Assembly: GCA_964511545.1 (NCBI GenBank)
Contig: CAZEFS010000001.1
Coordinates: forward strand, 1-34,932
DNA from: an uncultured Opitutales bacterium
GTDB taxonomy: Bacteria; Verrucomicrobiota; Verrucomicrobiia; Opitutales; CAZEFS01
DNA: 34,932 nt
Direction: 5' to 3'
The translations under genes were made by a program, and so were the position numbers. Shown one piece after another: positions 34,483-34,932 of this stretch. The notes below the pieces were generated by a model. It did not search any database. It worked only from the letters and a program-made list of their open reading frames with translations, and was not told where the DNA came from. Within the stretch, counting starts at the first letter, position 1. Each line of letters begins with the position of its first letter.

Positions 34483-34932
34483 TTATGCGGTAAACTTAGT
34501 TTTTTTAGCTGTACGAATCATCACTATACTGCCTTCTGATCCTGGAATACTCCCTTTAATAAGAATTAAATTTTTGCCAGGAATAATTTTTACAATAGGC
34601 AGATTTTGGGTAGTTCGTCTCTTACAACCTTGATGCCCAGGCATCTTACGCTGCTTATAAACGTGACCTGGTGTTTGGCGCATACCGATAGATCCTGGCC
34701 TACGGTGCATCATAGCGCCGTGAGTTTTTGGTTGGCCACTAAATCGAAAACGTTTGACCACACCTTGAAAACCACGACCGATAGTAATCGCAATAATATC
34801 GACTGTTCCTTGCTCTTGAAAATTCTCGACAGTCAGCACATACCCAACATTGAAGTCGGTAAGTTCGTCGACACGAAACTCCCCTACGTCAGCAAGTAGT
34901 GGCCGATCATGCTCCTTGCGATGACCAAGCTC
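34483..34932 (-). CDS. rplC: 50S ribosomal protein L3 (5' end lies beyond the window)
   Basis: GRGFQGVVKRFRFSGQPKTHG...PGSIG....PGHVYKQRKMPGHQG. The frame stays open upstream of the annotated Met to the window edge (ELGHRKEHDRPLLADVGEFRVDELTDFNVGY...). Confidence 0.95.
   Translation of the reverse strand, partial: ELGHRKEHDRPLLADVGEFRVDELTDFNVGYVLTVENFQEQGTVDIIAITIGRGFQGVVKRFRFSGQPKTHGAMMHRRPGSIGMRQTPGHVYKQRKMPGHQGCKRRTTQNLPIVKIIPGKNLILIKGSIPGSEGSIVMIRTAKKTKFTA

Noticed and set aside
20862-34899. Numerous 60-104-aa + strand ORFs antisense to ribosomal protein genes (e.g. 21272-21469, 22495-22785, 32097-32375, 32766-33080, 34606-34899) and same-strand alternative-frame ORFs (31735-31971, 34155-34445)
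   Set aside because: Each is fully nested in a high-confidence ribosomal or secY/rpoA gene. They are typical shadow ORFs.

Overview
Bacterial chromosomal window of roughly 40% GC by eye, densely coding. Almost none of the start codons I inspected has a Shine-Dalgarno motif.

RIGHT 14.3 kb (20643-34932, minus strand): an S10-spc-alpha ribosomal superoperon in the order rplC(partial)-rplD-rplW-rplB-rpsS-rplV-rpsC-rplP-rpmC-rpsQ-rplN-rplX-rplE-rpsN-rpsH-rplF-rplR-rpsE-rplO-secY-map-rpsM-rpsK-rpsD-rpoA-rplQ. It has no rpmD, adk, infA or rpmJ, and several products carry terminal extensions.

LEFT 20 kb, housekeeping genes: a PTS-EIIA::diadenylate-cyclase fusion co-transcribed with an orphan nuoA, rnpB, a CorC/CNNM transporter, plsY, a metal-binding SBP, xseB plus a DEDDh exonuclease, a secreted EEP-fold enzyme, an EamA transporter and tRNA-Ser(GGA).

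LEFT 20 kb, accessory material:
- a 556-aa tandem-repeat protein
- a 906-aa orphan protein
- a small GIY-YIG gene abutting the tRNA
- a decaying GyrI-like/PAP2/GrpB-GNAT/APH/GNAT islet

Most interesting signal: a set of dispersed, modular GC-rich structured repeats (about 300-572, 14578-15000, 18593-18748, with possible degenerate traces elsewhere). One copy sits inside the transposase gene of an IS4-like element (18235-19696). That IS has itself split an aminoglycoside-phosphotransferase-like gene, with a 7-bp target duplication. This gives a three-level nested insertion history.

Lineage is not assignable from the sequence alone. The gene content and decay pattern suggest a host-associated or intracellular bacterium. 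All protein calls rest on motif recognition by eye; no database search was possible.
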